From Desulfatiglandales bacterium (GTDB taxonomy: Bacteria > Desulfobacterota > DSM-4660 > Desulfatiglandales > Desulfatiglandaceae), in NCBI GenBank assembly GCA_963666345.1, contig OY762721.1, positions 2,464,001 to 2,528,000 of the forward strand: a stretch of 64,000 bases of DNA, in the 5' to 3' direction. The notes under the pieces were generated by a model. The model searched no databases. It was not told where the DNA came from and was given only the letters and a program-made list of their open reading frames with translations. Positions 20,289 to 29,854 of this stretch are shown here, piece by piece. The position numbers and the translations under genes are program-made. The first letter of the stretch is position 1; each line of letters starts with the position of its first letter.

Positions 20289-21343
20289 GGCCCCTTCCTT
20301 TCCTTATCGGAATATTTTTTCGTGTCTTTTACCAGGCTTGAAGCTTCTGACCGGTTTCTCTTGAAATAGTGTCTGACAATGGCGGCGGCAAACGCGAGAC
20401 CGCCGTAAAGGTAGTAGAACCAGTGCCACGGTATCGCCTTCAAGGTAAACCACAGCCCGCGTTTTCTGAGGAAAAAGCCGTATAGCGATGAATTGAGCAT
20501 GAGCAGAGAAATGACTAGGGCGCCTGTTGTAAGAAGAAACCCGGGCCACCACACTGTTACTGCTAAGGAAACCATGAGCCCGTATGTCAGCACAACGCCC
20601 GCACGTTCTGAATAGCGAAGATTAAGGTCGCTTTTTGAAAATCGGTCTCTTAGTATCAGTTCCGACCATGGAAGTGCCCTGTCAAGGAAATCCGAGCTTA
20701 ATAATGATTTGGCTCCCCAGTGCTTGAAGTGCTTTACCTGTAAGGATTTAAGGAGCTTGATCCTGTACCCGGCCCTTTTAAGCCGGTAGCCAAGTTCTAT
20801 GTCTTCAATAGATGGCCGCCTGTAGGTCTCATCAAAACCACCCAGCTCCAGAAAAACATCACGGCGGATCGCGCCGCAGGCTCCCCAGAACGTGAAGGCT
20901 TCTTCTAGGCCTTTCTGGTGAACGTGATGATGAAGGAGATTTTTATACTGGGAAAGAAAGTTGGTCTCAGACGGCTCATCATCGTATGATCCGAAAATAG
21001 CGGCTAGGCTATGATCCTCTTGAAACACCCTTAGAATTATTTCAATGGCATCCCGCGGAACGGTCACATCAGCATCGACAAAAAAGAGGATGTCGCTCCC
21101 AGCCGAGCGCGCGCCCAGGTTTCGCGCCTTGGCAGGTCCTCCGGCGACCGATATCCTCAATACCCTGGCTCCGGATTCCTCGGCCGCGCGCCAGGAACCG
21201 TCAGTGTCGCCGTCCGCAACGGCGATGATCTCTTCCGGAGGAGTTTGGAGCGCTTCCAGGCTCGCTAGGCACTTCCGGAAATTTGATCCTCCCCTGTGTA
21301 CCGGTATGATTACTGAAATGGTCGGCTTTCTAGTAAAAGGCAT
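20282..21343 (-). CDS. GT2 family glycosyltransferase with C-terminal TM helices
   Basis: ISVIIPVH, GPAKARNLGA, FFVDAD, GGFDE, IEDIELGYRL, hydrophobic C-terminus. Confidence 0.92.
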   Translation of the reverse strand: MPFTRKPTISVIIPVHRGGSNFRKCLASLEALQTPPEEIIAVADGDTDGSWRAAEESGARVLRISVAGGPAKARNLGARSAGSDILFFVDADVTVPRDAIEIILRVFQEDHSLAAIFGSYDDEPSETNFLSQYKNLLHHHVHQKGLEEAFTFWGACGAIRRDVFLELGGFDETYRRPSIEDIELGYRLKRAGYRIKLLKSLQVKHFKHWGAKSLLSSDFLDRALPWSELILRDRFSKSDLNLRYSERAGVVLTYGLMVSLAVTVWWPGFLLTTGALVISLLMLNSSLYGFFLRKRGLWFTLKAIPWHWFYYLYGGLAFAAAIVRHYFKRNRSEASSLVKDTKKYSDKERKGPC

Positions 21344-21534
21344 AATCCAATAAAATTACTGAACACCGAAAAAGATACTCGTTTTTGCCAATGTGCCGGG
21401 TCGAGTTGCGATTATCTACAAGTTGTTAGACTTTTGCAAACTATAACTTCTTCAGCAATTCAAACAGATATCCTTGGTCATTAGGAACATCTCCACGAGG
21501 GTTCGAGCGAATTGTAGATATCTGTGAGATCCTC

Positions 21535-23490
21535 TTATGCGGAAATAAGCTCAATAAGGGCCTTTGTACTCTTTTTGGCATCCCCCGGAATCAGAAGGGT
21601 CTGTTTTTCCCGGTATAAGGGGTTTTCCACGCCCGAATATCCCGGATTTTCATCCAGATTGAGTACCAGCACGTGTCTGGCCTGATGGGCCATAAGGATC
21701 GGCATGCCTGAGATGGGGGTGCCTTCGGTCTCAATGGCTGCCGGATTGACCACGTCGCATGCGCCGACTATCATTGCCAGATCGGTATCCTTGAACCGCG
21801 GGTTGATCTCATCCATCTCGATCAGTTTGTCGTAGGAGACTTCCGCCTCTGCCAGAAGTACGTTCATGTGCCCCGGCATCCTGCCCGCCACAGGGTGTAT
21901 GGCGAATCTGACCTCTTTTCCCATCTGTTCAAGCATTCGGGCAAGCTGCGCCACGTTGAACTGTGCCCCGGCAAGGGCCATGCCGTAACCGGGTATGATG
22001 ATGATACGGTTTGAAGATTTCAGAAGTTCAGCCGCCCCGGCAAGGGGATCCTTGTTGTCCTCTTCGGGAACCTGCGAGCCGCTTTCGGTTGCAGCGGTTT
22101 CGTCAAATAGCGCCGACAGGATCCGGCCCACCGTATCCTTTGCGTTTCCTAAAAGCATGATTGCCCCGGCCTGACGGTACAGGGGATTTTCCACGCCCGA
22201 ATATCCCGGATTTTCATCCAGATTGAGTACCAGCACATGTCTGGCCTGATGCGCCATGAGGATCGGCATGCCTGAGATGGGGGTGCCTTCGGTCTCAATG
22301 GCCGCCGGGTTGACCACGTCGCATGCGCCGACGATCATTGCCAGATCGGTATCCTTGAACCGCGGGTTGATCTCATCCATCTCGATCAGTTTGTCGTAAG
22401 AGACTTCCGCCTCTGCCAGAAGTACGTTCATGTGGCCGGGCATCCTGCCTGCCACAGGGTGTATGGCGAATGCGACCTCTTTTCCCATCTGTTCAAGCAT
22501 TCGGGCAAGCTGCGCCACGTTGAACTGTGCCCTGGCAAGGGCCATGCCGTAACCGGGTATGATGATCACCGATCGGGCCTGACTTACTGCCCGAACAGCC
22601 GCGGCAAAAGGGTCTTCTTCGGCCGGCGGGATCATGGCCGGTTGCGCTGTGTGCCGGGGTGCTTTCTCCTGTTTCTCCGCTCCTTCAACAGGTTTTGAGT
22701 GAACGGGAATGAATACCCTGATGAGATTTCGGTTCATGGCCCGGCACATGACCAGCGTCAGAATGGAGCCTGAGGCAGCTACGGTCGCGCCGCAGGCGAT
22801 CAGAAGCCTGTTTTGTATAATGATGCCGCAAAGGGCCGCTGCCAGCCCTGCCGTGGCATTTAAAAAAGAAATGAGCACCGGCATATCGGCCCCTCCGATC
22901 CTTATGGAAAAGACAATGCCCAGGAGCATGGAAAAACAGATCAGGAGGATCAGCAGGGAAGATGTACCGCTGAAAGAGGGGATCGCCGCCATTATCCCGA
23001 TCGCGACAATCAAAAGGAGGTTGCCCTGAATGAGTCGGTCGTGTTTCGGCAGGACAGTCGGTGTCTGTTTTAGTTTGTTTGCAAGTTTTCCGCAGGCGAT
23101 CATGCTTCCGCTGAAGGTGGCCGCTCCCACCACAAGACCCATAATCCCTGCCACGGTTCCCACTTCGGAAATCTCCGCAGTGTGGCGGGATAATTCAAGG
23201 AAAGAGACCAGGAAGGCTGCAACACCCCCTGCTCCGTGCTGAAAGGCCACCATGGCGGGGATCTGGATCATGCTGACCCGCATGGCCACAATCCACCCCA
23301 AAGCCGAACCGATTGCCAGGGCGGCTATAACGATCCCCGGGTCCAGGATGTCGTTGCGGTAAAGGACCAGAAACAGGGCGCACAAAAGGGCGAACGCGGC
23401 GGTGAGATTTCCCGCCCGCGCCCCCTTGGGGGCGCGGAACATTCGTATACCGATAATGAGAATGAAGATAACGATCAGATCGATGATCAT
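21535..23490 (-). CDS. pntB: NAD(P) transhydrogenase beta subunit with tandemly duplicated domain III
   Basis: TFSGS..A.GKL, IGGADMPV.IS.LN; two copies of IIPGYGMA...AIHPVAGRMPGHMNVLLAEA...DVVNPAA. Confidence 0.93.
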   Translation of the reverse strand: MIIDLIVIFILIIGIRMFRAPKGARAGNLTAAFALLCALFLVLYRNDILDPGIVIAALAIGSALGWIVAMRVSMIQIPAMVAFQHGAGGVAAFLVSFLELSRHTAEISEVGTVAGIMGLVVGAATFSGSMIACGKLANKLKQTPTVLPKHDRLIQGNLLLIVAIGIMAAIPSFSGTSSLLILLICFSMLLGIVFSIRIGGADMPVLISFLNATAGLAAALCGIIIQNRLLIACGATVAASGSILTLVMCRAMNRNLIRVFIPVHSKPVEGAEKQEKAPRHTAQPAMIPPAEEDPFAAAVRAVSQARSVIIIPGYGMALARAQFNVAQLARMLEQMGKEVAFAIHPVAGRMPGHMNVLLAEAEVSYDKLIEMDEINPRFKDTDLAMIVGACDVVNPAAIETEGTPISGMPILMAHQARHVLVLNLDENPGYSGVENPLYRQAGAIMLLGNAKDTVGRILSALFDETAATESGSQVPEEDNKDPLAGAAELLKSSNRIIIIPGYGMALAGAQFNVAQLARMLEQMGKEVRFAIHPVAGRMPGHMNVLLAEAEVSYDKLIEMDEINPRFKDTDLAMIVGACDVVNPAAIETEGTPISGMPILMAHQARHVLVLNLDENPGYSGVENPLYREKQTLLIPGDAKKSTKALIELISA

Positions 23491-23546
23491 ATTTATCCTT
23501 TCAGGTTGTATCCGGCCTTGACCCGGAGTTTAAAATGAGCCGGATT

Positions 23547-23858
23547 TCAGGCCTCCTTTTTGATCTCAGGGCCTTTGTCCTGTTTTGCTTTAAACAGGCG
23601 CACCATGCGATCCGTGATCACGAAACCCCCTACCAGGTTGAACGCGGCCATAACAAGGGCTACGGCGCCTATGATCTTGTCGCCCGTGGTGGTCACGACC
23701 GAAAAAAGGAGGAGCGCCCCCAGAATGGTCACGGCCGATATGGCGTTGGTCATGGACATGAGAGGGGTGTGCAGCAACGGCGGAACCCTGGAGATAAGGA
23801 GATACCCTATGATAAAGGCGAATAAAAAAACCGAAAGCATTAGAAAAAGATCGATCAT
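23547..23858 (-). CDS. pntAB: NAD(P) transhydrogenase alpha subunit part 2 (membrane)
   Basis: VPPLLHTPLMSMTNAIS, N.VGGF.IT.RM. Confidence 0.93.
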   Translation of the reverse strand: MIDLFLMLSVFLFAFIIGYLLISRVPPLLHTPLMSMTNAISAVTILGALLLFSVVTTTGDKIIGAVALVMAAFNLVGGFVITDRMVRLFKAKQDKGPEIKKEA

Positions 23859-23892
23859 GACGCAATCCTCTTAAATGTTGGAAACATCCTTT

Positions 23893-25053
23893 CTAAATTT
23901 CGCCCATTGCCTTGAGCGCGCCTTCAAACAGGATTTTGCCCTGGTATGTAACGAGAGAGGCCTTGGTGATTTCATCTTCCAGATCCATTGCATCAGGGCC
24001 TTTCTTGAAGAGGTTCTCCACATAATAGTACATGTTGTTGGCATACAGCCAGCTTGCGTGGACCGGCAGCCTGCCGGGTATGTTCTGCATTCCGCATACA
24101 TAGACGCCATGTTTTGTGTATTCATTGCCCGGTTGAGTTATCTCACAGTTTCCGCCCTGGTCGACTGATACGTCGATAATGACGGACCCGGGTTTCATGG
24201 CGGCAACCATCTCATCGGTGATCAGGACCGGGGCAAGTTCTCCCGGTACCAGGGCGCTCAGAATCAGGACGTCCGTTTCAGGCATCAGCGGGGTGAGGGC
24301 GGCTCGTTCCCTGTCAATCCACTCCCGGCTCAAGGCCCTGGCATATCCGCCTTTCCCGTGGGCCAGATCTTCAGGGACATCGAATCCCGGGATTTTGGCA
24401 CCCAGGGTTTCGGCCTGTCTTCGGGCCTCCTCACGAATGTCGACCGCCTTTACCACTCCGCCCAGGCGCTTGCCCGTGGCCAGGGCCTGGAGACCTACGA
24501 CGCCCGCGCCGATCACGAGAAAACCGGCCGGCTTGACCATGCCAATGGCCGTGCCGATCATGGGAATGAACTTGGGAAGGTTGTTGGCCGCGATAATGAC
24601 CGATTTATAACCGGTGAGCGTGCTCATGGAGGTCAGCGCGTCCATCCTCTGGGCCCGGGAGATACGGGGGATTCCGTCCATGGTAAAGGATGTGATGTTC
24701 TTGTCCCTGAGTTTGCGGATGATTTCATGGCTGCCGGGTGCTGCCGGGTGGAGAAAGGTGATAAGAGTTTTCCCCTCCGGGATCATATCCGCCTCATGCC
24801 GGCCTGTTTGTTCATTGAGACAGGGCTGTTTCACCTTAAGGATTATGCCCGCAGTGTTGAAAAGCGTTTCAGGATCCGGCGCTATCTTTGCTCCGGCCTT
24901 CTCGTATGCTTCATCCGTACAATAGATGCCTTCGCCTGCCGTTGATTCAACCACAACGTCAAATCCGAGTGCGACATATTTTTCGACCGTCTCAGGCGTT
25001 GCAGCTACCCTCTTTTCTTTCGGCATTACTTCCTTGGGAATTCCTATAATCAT
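23893..25053 (-). CDS. pntAA: NAD(P) transhydrogenase alpha subunit part 1 (domain I)
   Basis: IGIPKE...EKRVAATP, PRISRAQ.MDAL.SM, GAGVVGLQA, DVSVDQGGNCE. Confidence 0.93.
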   Translation of the reverse strand: MIIGIPKEVMPKEKRVAATPETVEKYVALGFDVVVESTAGEGIYCTDEAYEKAGAKIAPDPETLFNTAGIILKVKQPCLNEQTGRHEADMIPEGKTLITFLHPAAPGSHEIIRKLRDKNITSFTMDGIPRISRAQRMDALTSMSTLTGYKSVIIAANNLPKFIPMIGTAIGMVKPAGFLVIGAGVVGLQALATGKRLGGVVKAVDIREEARRQAETLGAKIPGFDVPEDLAHGKGGYARALSREWIDRERAALTPLMPETDVLILSALVPGELAPVLITDEMVAAMKPGSVIIDVSVDQGGNCEITQPGNEYTKHGVYVCGMQNIPGRLPVHASWLYANNMYYYVENLFKKGPDAMDLEDEITKASLVTYQGKILFEGALKAMGEI

Positions 25054-25123
25054 TTTTTGCCTCCGTTCTATGTTAGAGATAGACTACCCAAGCCCGGAAG
25101 GTCCCGGGTCCGGGAAATAGTTT

Positions 25124-25576
25124 TCAAGGTTGTTCCGGGTAAAGTATCCATTTACCTTTGGCCTTCATCACCATAAAGGAATCGGTGGAACGGATTCCCC
25201 CCACCTGCGGAAGGGCGTCCGCAAGAAAATCATAGAGCCCGGGCATGCCACCCGTTGTCACCACCTCGACCATGATATCGTAGTTACCGGTTACCACGGC
25301 CGCCCAGTGAATCTGGTTCAGTTCGGATATCTGATCGAGCTTTTCATCCAGTTCCTGATGCCTTTCAAGGCATATCCCCACAATGGCAACAGTGAGTTCC
25401 TTGCTTTTAAACGCGTTGACAAGGCCTGCCACGCGCAGGACCCCGGAGCGGAAAAGGGCGTCAAGACGGGCGCGGACAGTGGGCGGGGTAATATCGAGAC
25501 TCTCTGCAATTTTTCCCACGGGCATCCGTCCGTCCCGGGTAAGGAGATTGATCAGACCCTTGTCCAGGGGATCCAT
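25124..25576 (-). CDS. Lrp/AsnC family transcriptional regulator
   Basis: MDPLDKGLINLLTRDGR...IAESL.ITPPTVRARL, VTGNYDI; start chosen at MDPLD. Confidence 0.9.
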   Translation of the reverse strand: MDPLDKGLINLLTRDGRMPVGKIAESLDITPPTVRARLDALFRSGVLRVAGLVNAFKSKELTVAIVGICLERHQELDEKLDQISELNQIHWAAVVTGNYDIMVEVVTTGGMPGLYDFLADALPQVGGIRSTDSFMVMKAKGKWILYPEQP

Positions 25577-25872
25577 CTCTCTTTCTTTCTCTTTCAACGG
25601 CAGCCTCCAAAGCAAAAAATAAGGGTCTATTATTTCTAATAGCATAAATAGCAGTAGAAAAATATTCTGATAAGAAGAATGTAATGTCAAGAAGTTTTTA
25701 TTGCCAGGCCGGAATGATTGTCAACAGGTGAGATAAGTTAATTTAAGCAGGGGTAAGCCGTAGAGGCCTCCTGTTTTGTAATGCCATGTGAATTAAGAAG
25801 CGGTTGCGCCGGTTTGGCGAGCAATAATTCCGCTGCCGGTCAGGGGGGCAAAAACTTGGTGCCTTTTCCAGG

Positions 25873-26025
25873 CTGGTGTTCGTCCATAAATCAGGATTTA
25901 TGGACGAACGCTGTCAGCAATCGGCTGTCAGTAAAACATTCGTAATATCAACTTATCGGCTGCCTGCCGATAGCTGACGACTGAAAGCGGTATCCTGAAG
26001 TGATAAATTTCCGGATGGGTACTGG
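25873..26025. repeat. Palindromic MITE/REP-like intergenic element
   Basis: Perfect 15-bp inverted repeat at 25878-25909, internal GCTGTCAGC/GCTGA-type inverted units, imperfect terminal IRs CTGGTGTTCGTCC and GGATGGGTACTGG. Confidence 0.6.
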
Positions 26026-26064
26026 GCTAATGGAAATGGCCTGCTGTTGAGCTGTATTTAGGGG

Positions 26065-26811
26065 TCAGCGGAATCTGCCGCTAAAGTTCATCCTGTTATG
26101 TTCCCTCTGCTTTCTTACCATCTCTTCCATCTGCCGTATTGTCAGGTTTCCGTTTATTACAAAATATTCACCTATGGATGGCTGAACAAGGCGTTGCTTC
26201 CCAAGGAGCGCCATAAGTTTATAAGGAGTCAGGTAACCCATTCGAATCGCGCATTCCCCGAATTTTTCCCTGTGGCTTCGGCTCATCAGAATTTTATGGA
26301 TATCCTTGCTGGAAAGCATCCCCCATTCAAAGGCTGTTTGGCCGAGAAGGGGCCTTTGTCGTCTCTGCCATATGATTGAATCTATAAAGGCGTTCCAGGA
26401 AATAGCGCCGGAATAGTATAAAAACTGCCCAATCAGAAGTTTTCTTCCCGGGATTTTTCCTGAAAAAAAATGATCCGAGTTCCTTTTGTCCGGTCTTTGT
26501 TTTGAAAAGGTGGTCTTGCGGTTTTTCCTAATAACAGATTCCCTTTTTGGTATTGCCGCCCCCGGGTTGTTTATGACTGAACAGAGTTTTTCATATGCCA
26601 GGTTTACTCTTATAAAATGATCATTTAGTTCGGACCTGTCCGTGCCGATGGCTTCCGCCCTGTCGGGGTGCGTCTCAAGGGCCTTTTTCCGATAAGCGGC
26701 CTTAAGGCCCGAAGGCTGGATGTATTTCAGAAAATCAGGAGAAAAAACTGTTCTGGGGCCGAAAAGGACACCGCACGCATCGAAAAGCTCGGCTGTCGTG
26801 ACTGTCTGCAT
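26065..26811 (-). CDS. J-domain (DnaJ-like) protein with C-terminal repeated LG/FGE helical motifs
   Basis: LKAAYRKKALETHPDR...F..VN.AYEKL; start chosen at MQTVTT. Confidence 0.85.
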   Translation of the reverse strand: MQTVTTAELFDACGVLFGPRTVFSPDFLKYIQPSGLKAAYRKKALETHPDRAEAIGTDRSELNDHFIRVNLAYEKLCSVINNPGAAIPKRESVIRKNRKTTFSKQRPDKRNSDHFFSGKIPGRKLLIGQFLYYSGAISWNAFIDSIIWQRRQRPLLGQTAFEWGMLSSKDIHKILMSRSHREKFGECAIRMGYLTPYKLMALLGKQRLVQPSIGEYFVINGNLTIRQMEEMVRKQREHNRMNFSGRFR

Positions 26812-27297
26812 CGGTTTTCCTTTCATTGAAAAATGCGGTAAGACATCAATATCGGCAAATGATTCCGATTTGCCGTTTTGCTTATAGAGTAAGAACTTGA
26901 GGGTCCGTAAATAGCCTGTTTTGTCCGAAAGGGTTGCCCTTTTGTTATGTCCGTTACAGGCGACAAACGGCTGATGTAAACAATTAGGCAACTTCCGTGA
27001 TTATGGAAGAAGCTCCTATGCTGTTAATCGGAAATGAGTAAAATAACTTTAGACAAAAAAATATTCAGGGCAATAGTTACCCCCCCCCCCAATTATCATA
27101 AACATCATATATACCAAAGGCGTGTTATCCCTGCACCATCAAGAGGAAATGTGCGATCTATATGTACGGCTCAGTCGTCGCTCCTTGCTTGTATCCGACA
27201 CCTCGCCCGTGCCCAGGTTCCCGATCCATTGATTTTCATGTCGATAAAACAAGACGGTGGATTCGAGCTTATCGGATAGGATTGAATATTACATTTG

Positions 27298-27331
27298 AAA
27301 AAAAGGGGGTGCGGTCGAAACCGCAGCCCCC
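27298..27331 (-). terminator. Intrinsic terminator after the MCP gene
   Basis: GGGGG-TGCGG/CCGCA-G-CCCCC stem with A7 on + strand (U-tract on -). Confidence 0.75.
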
Positions 27332-27378
27332 TGTCCTGCTGCTGAAGCAGGCAGTCTAAAACCCCTCGGCCCCTCAAG

Positions 27379-29283
27379 TTAAAAGTCCTTGAAATCTTCG
27401 TCTTCAAGCGGGATGAGCTGCTTAGGATCCGTCTCCACTTTCCGTGCAGTGGCCGGTTCCATAAGCCTCTTTGCCTTTCCGGCACCTGCCCGGCCCTTTT
27501 TTACTCCGGCAGTCCGGTTAACTGCGCGGCCCCTTTTTCCGTCAACAATCGCAACAAGGTCATTGACAAATCCCTTCATCTGCTCGGCCTGGGCGTTCAT
27601 CTCCTCCGAGGCACTGGCAGACTCCTCCGCGTTGGCCGCGTTCTGCTGCACCACCTTGTCCATCTCGGCAACCGCCGTATTGACCTGCCCAATGCCCTGT
27701 GCCTGCTCGTTTGAGGCGGCCGCGATCTCAGCCACCAGCTCACCCACCTTTGCCGTACTCTCGGCCACCTGGCCGAACGCCTCGTTGGTCCTGCCGACAA
27801 GGGTTGTGCCGTCATTTACCTTCTTTACCGTGCCTTCGATAAGTTCCGCCGTGTTTTTGGCCGCATCGGCCGAGCGCATGGCAAGGTTTCTGACCTCTTC
27901 GGCCACAACCGCGAATCCGGCCCCCGCCTCTCCTGCGCGGGCAGCCTCAACTGCGGCGTTCAGGGCCAGGAGGTTTGTCTGAAAGGCGATCTCATCGATC
28001 GTCTTGATGATCTTTGAGGTCTCCTCGCTTGCCTTTGAGATCTCATCCATGGACATGGTAAGCTCCGACATCGACTCATCGGCCTGGGCGACCACCTTGT
28101 TGGCATCCTTCATGAGACCGTCCGCCTGAGCCGCGTTTCCCGCATTCTGCTTGGTCATGGAGGACATCTCCTCAAGGGAGGAGGATGTCTCCTCGATACT
28201 TGCCGCCTGCTCGCTTGCCCCTTCGGCCAGAGACTGGCTTGAAGAGGACACCTGCCCTGAGGCCGCCGCCACCTGGTCCGCACCTTCGTTCAGACCTTCA
28301 ACCGTACGTATTATCGGGTTGGTGATGCTGCGGGCAAAGAACAGGACTCCGAGGATCGTAAAGGCCAGAAAGATAGCGCCGACAAGCAGGATGAAATTTC
28401 GAATGGCGTGGGCTGCGCTTAAAAATTCATCGGAAGGCTGCGTAAGCCCTATGCTCCAATTCGTAAGTTTCGCAGGGGCGTATCCGGCAATTTTCGTTAT
28501 CCCTTCAAAGGCATACGATTCGACTCCGGTTTGCTGGGCCATCATCTTGCCGATAATTCCTTCCATACCTTTCAACTTTGCAAAATTGGTGCTGAGCACG
28601 TGTTTTTCATCGGGATGGGCAATGCATAAACCGGTCTTATCAATCATGAATGCATATCCTGTCTTACCGACTTTTACCGATGTTATCTTGTCTGAAAGAA
28701 AATCCAGTTTCATTATATTTGTCACTGTACCGAGAAACCGGCCATCTTTTGAAAGAATCGGTGCACATACCGGAACAGTCGGTTTTCCTGTTATCCTGGA
28801 TTTTACGGGGGTGGAAACGTTGGCTGTTCCCATTTTTGCCTTGTTGAAATATTCCCGGTTCGCTATGGAAATGCCTTTATACTGCCCGCCGTTTCCATCC
28901 GCAAATACGGTTCCCTTAACATCGGACACCACGATGGATTCATAATCGGTGCCTCGGTGTTTCATGGCTCGAACGAGCATGGAGGTCAGGTCTTCGATCT
29001 CAGGCGCGGTTTCCTGATCACCCCCTTCAGCCACCGTAGCTGAAGCCGCCAGGGTGGCATTTCCCATGGCAAGCTCTTTGGCAAGCTTTACTTCCTCCTG
29101 AAGAACCAGTTGTGTCATATTAGCCAAATCCCTGGCCAGATTAATCGCCTGTTCTTTTGCAAGGGATTCAAGTGCCCTGGATGCCTTAATGTTTGTAAAT
29201 ATCCCTATGACCAGTATAGGGATCAACACGACCAGAATTCCGCCTGTAATAAGTTTGAAGTTGAGAGATCTATTTTTAAACAT
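27379..29283 (-). CDS. Methyl-accepting chemotaxis protein with Cache sensor
   Basis: 2 TM, Cache-like periplasmic region, [40 protein letters not shown]. Confidence 0.96.
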   Translation of the reverse strand: MFKNRSLNFKLITGGILVVLIPILVIGIFTNIKASRALESLAKEQAINLARDLANMTQLVLQEEVKLAKELAMGNATLAASATVAEGGDQETAPEIEDLTSMLVRAMKHRGTDYESIVVSDVKGTVFADGNGGQYKGISIANREYFNKAKMGTANVSTPVKSRITGKPTVPVCAPILSKDGRFLGTVTNIMKLDFLSDKITSVKVGKTGYAFMIDKTGLCIAHPDEKHVLSTNFAKLKGMEGIIGKMMAQQTGVESYAFEGITKIAGYAPAKLTNWSIGLTQPSDEFLSAAHAIRNFILLVGAIFLAFTILGVLFFARSITNPIIRTVEGLNEGADQVAAASGQVSSSSQSLAEGASEQAASIEETSSSLEEMSSMTKQNAGNAAQADGLMKDANKVVAQADESMSELTMSMDEISKASEETSKIIKTIDEIAFQTNLLALNAAVEAARAGEAGAGFAVVAEEVRNLAMRSADAAKNTAELIEGTVKKVNDGTTLVGRTNEAFGQVAESTAKVGELVAEIAAASNEQAQGIGQVNTAVAEMDKVVQQNAANAEESASASEEMNAQAEQMKGFVNDLVAIVDGKRGRAVNRTAGVKKGRAGAGKAKRLMEPATARKVETDPKQLIPLEDEDFKDF

Positions 29284-29341
29284 TGATACTTCTCCTTATG
29301 AACTGCTTAGGTGTTTTCAGTTTATGCGTGAAAGCGAGTTG

Positions 29342-29854
29342 TCAGGCGGCCTTTTCAAGCTGTTGGATTTCATCAACACTCAGTACCCGATCGATATCGA
29401 GCAGTATCTTTACCCCGCCGTCCATCTTGGCCATGCCCAGGATGTAGTCTGTATTCAGCTTTGTACCGAAGGTGGGAGTGTCTTCGATATCATCCGCCCT
29501 GATGTTCAGCACCTCTGATACCGCATCCACCACTATGCCGATCATGACCACACCCGAGTCTCCCTCAACCTCAACTACTATGATGCAGGTGCGTTCGGTA
29601 TAATCGATTACCTCCATCTTGAATCTCAATCTCAGATCTATCACAGGGATTACCTTGCCCCTGAGGTTGATTACCCCTTTTACGAACCCGGGCGTCCTGG
29701 GTACCGTGGTAATAGGCATCATCCCTATGATCTCCTTGATCTTGAGGATGCCGATGCCGTACTCCTCTTCCGCCATGCTGAAGGTGAGATATTTCCCCTC
29801 TCTGTCTGCCATGGACTTAACGGCCTGATCCATTATTTCTGTTGATTCAGCCAT
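29342..29854 (-). CDS. cheW: Chemotaxis coupling protein CheW
   Basis: YLTF...EEYGI.I..IKEII, GVINLRGKVIPVIDLR, GIVVDAVSEV. Confidence 0.95.
   Translation of the reverse strand: MAESTEIMDQAVKSMADREGKYLTFSMAEEEYGIGILKIKEIIGMMPITTVPRTPGFVKGVINLRGKVIPVIDLRLRFKMEVIDYTERTCIIVVEVEGDSGVVMIGIVVDAVSEVLNIRADDIEDTPTFGTKLNTDYILGMAKMDGGVKILLDIDRVLSVDEIQQLEKAA

Noticed and set aside
27150..27220. Possible REP-like remnant between the J-domain and MCP genes
   Set aside because: Too degenerate and single copy in this window
27389..28945. Long antisense ORFs over the MCP (and similar ones over pntA, the oxidoreductase, RNB and fusA)
   Set aside because: Expected shadows of GC-rich coding strands with no recognisable motifs
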